64,000 nucleotides of DNA from Hypanus sabinus (lineage: Eukaryota). The notes under the pieces are model-generated. The model was given only the letters and a program-made list of their open reading frames with translations, had not been told where the DNA came from and did no database searches. Where the stretch lies: assembly GCF_030144855.1 (NCBI RefSeq), contig NC_082739.1, forward strand, positions 44,144,001-44,208,000, written 5' to 3'. Of the stretch, positions 63,130 through 64,000 are shown one piece after another. A program made the translations under genes and the position numbers. The number at the start of each line of letters is the position of its first letter. Positions within the stretch are counted from its first letter, which is position 1.

Positions 63130-63830
63130 TAATTTAACTGTAGATGGGTGAGTCTTGTTCATTTAAGGAAGGTGAAGCGTCTCACAGAGTCTCTCCTTTC
63201 CAAGTATAGTGATTGCTGCAGAACCTCTGTTTGGCTTGCCATATGATATGGTTTCTGATATGGCTTCTTCTACACTACTGTGCCCATGGTGACCAGTTTC
63301 CCACTGAGTTTTCTATGTCAAGGCACAACCGAGCATCCAGCAGTATAACTGGGTGGGCAGGCTGGGCTCATCAGCCTTGGTTGCCAGTCAGCCTAGGAGA
63401 AGGACAACTCCAATTCCAAACCCGGGTAGGTGGGACTCGTTAGCCTTGCCAGGTACTCTGTCTAGGAGAAGGAAATCCTCAAAACTCAACCTACACCCTT
63501 CTGGTTGCTGCAGCTGCCGGAGCTTGCTGTGCCATTGTGGAACGTCCCCCAGCCTCAAGAGTGGAATCGGTCTGTGTGCACCGATCCTCGCTATAAACCT
63601 GCGCAGCACAGATGGGAAGAAAGGTCCTGCAATGACGGAGAAGGGGGTGAAACGACATGTGTTAGATAGCACAGGAAGTCTCCCTACTGCTCCAGAGTTT
63701 GCAGATCCAGAATTGCCCGCTACAGTCACCAACAATCGTGCTGTCGCTCTTGAAGACTCTTCTTCCCTCCTGATCTTCGTAAGTGAAGAACCAGCCATCA
63801 TCAGATAATACCAGGGGTGATGGTGTTGTG
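63130..63830 (+). mobile_element. Possible RTE-clade LINE 5' UTR remnant
   Basis: The repeated 'ctaggagaagga.aact' motif resembles RTE/BovB-type 5' UTRs from memory. No protein motif confirmed. Confidence 0.3.
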
Positions 63831-64000
63831 AATGGTGGTGATGAGTGTGAGTGGGGTTGTTAGGGTTCTGAGCCTTCAATGCTTGGTCACTGTGTGTGCC
63901 ATTCTGACAGACAGTGCTCAATACAACCTCTCCTCTTTGTAGCTATTTACCCACTTGCAGTCCAGCACTTCCCCACCACCTTCCTCTTCAGCCATTCCCA

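Noticed and set aside
63359-63377. HDV-like ribozyme in the putative RTE 5' UTR (hairpin AGGCTG-ggctcat-CAGCCT)
   Set aside because: I could not build the nested double pseudoknot (no P1.1 or catalytic C context); only a simple hairpin is supported.
63353-63921. Overlapping 151-aa (+) and 177-aa (-) ORFs as genes
   Set aside because: No domain or splice context; they lie in GC-richer repeat-like sequence and the poly-His comes from a simple repeat.
1-64000. CRISPR arrays, operons or other prokaryotic systems; the remaining 60-130 aa ORFs as genes
   Set aside because: The DNA is spliced eukaryotic sequence with no repeat-spacer array. The short ORFs are transposon fragments, their antisense frames, or motif-free chance frames.

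Overview
Eukaryotic, repeat-rich vertebrate DNA. The repeat repertoire (CR1, Rex1/Babar, L1, Penelope, tRNA-derived SINEs, hAT, Tc1) suggests a cartilaginous fish, possibly a ray; this is inference. The window holds one reconstructable protein-coding gene on the + strand: 9 coding exons over 12099-59721, giving about 475 aa. It encodes a type-I Ig-superfamily inhibitory receptor: leader, V domain with a germline-joined J-like GxGT motif (CD28H/NKp30-like), C1-like domain, I/C2-type domain, uncharged TM helix, and a tail with two ITIMs (VSYADI, SEYSAV). All eight introns are GT-AG and phase-consistent. The promoter region has a PU.1 box and an Ets-IRF composite element, and there is a candidate alternative exon for a soluble form. 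Much of the rest is transposon-derived. Notable repeat features: about a dozen dispersed Penelope-associated minimal hammerhead-ribozyme motifs (all with some decay, three in back-to-back pairs); two L1-clade insertions with twin-priming 5' inversions and 15-16 bp TSDs; a young hAT/Charlie element with a perfect 8-bp TSD; and two long CR1 copies with zinc-finger/esterase ORF1. Everything was read by eye. No database search was run, so family names are motif-based and TE boundaries are approximate.
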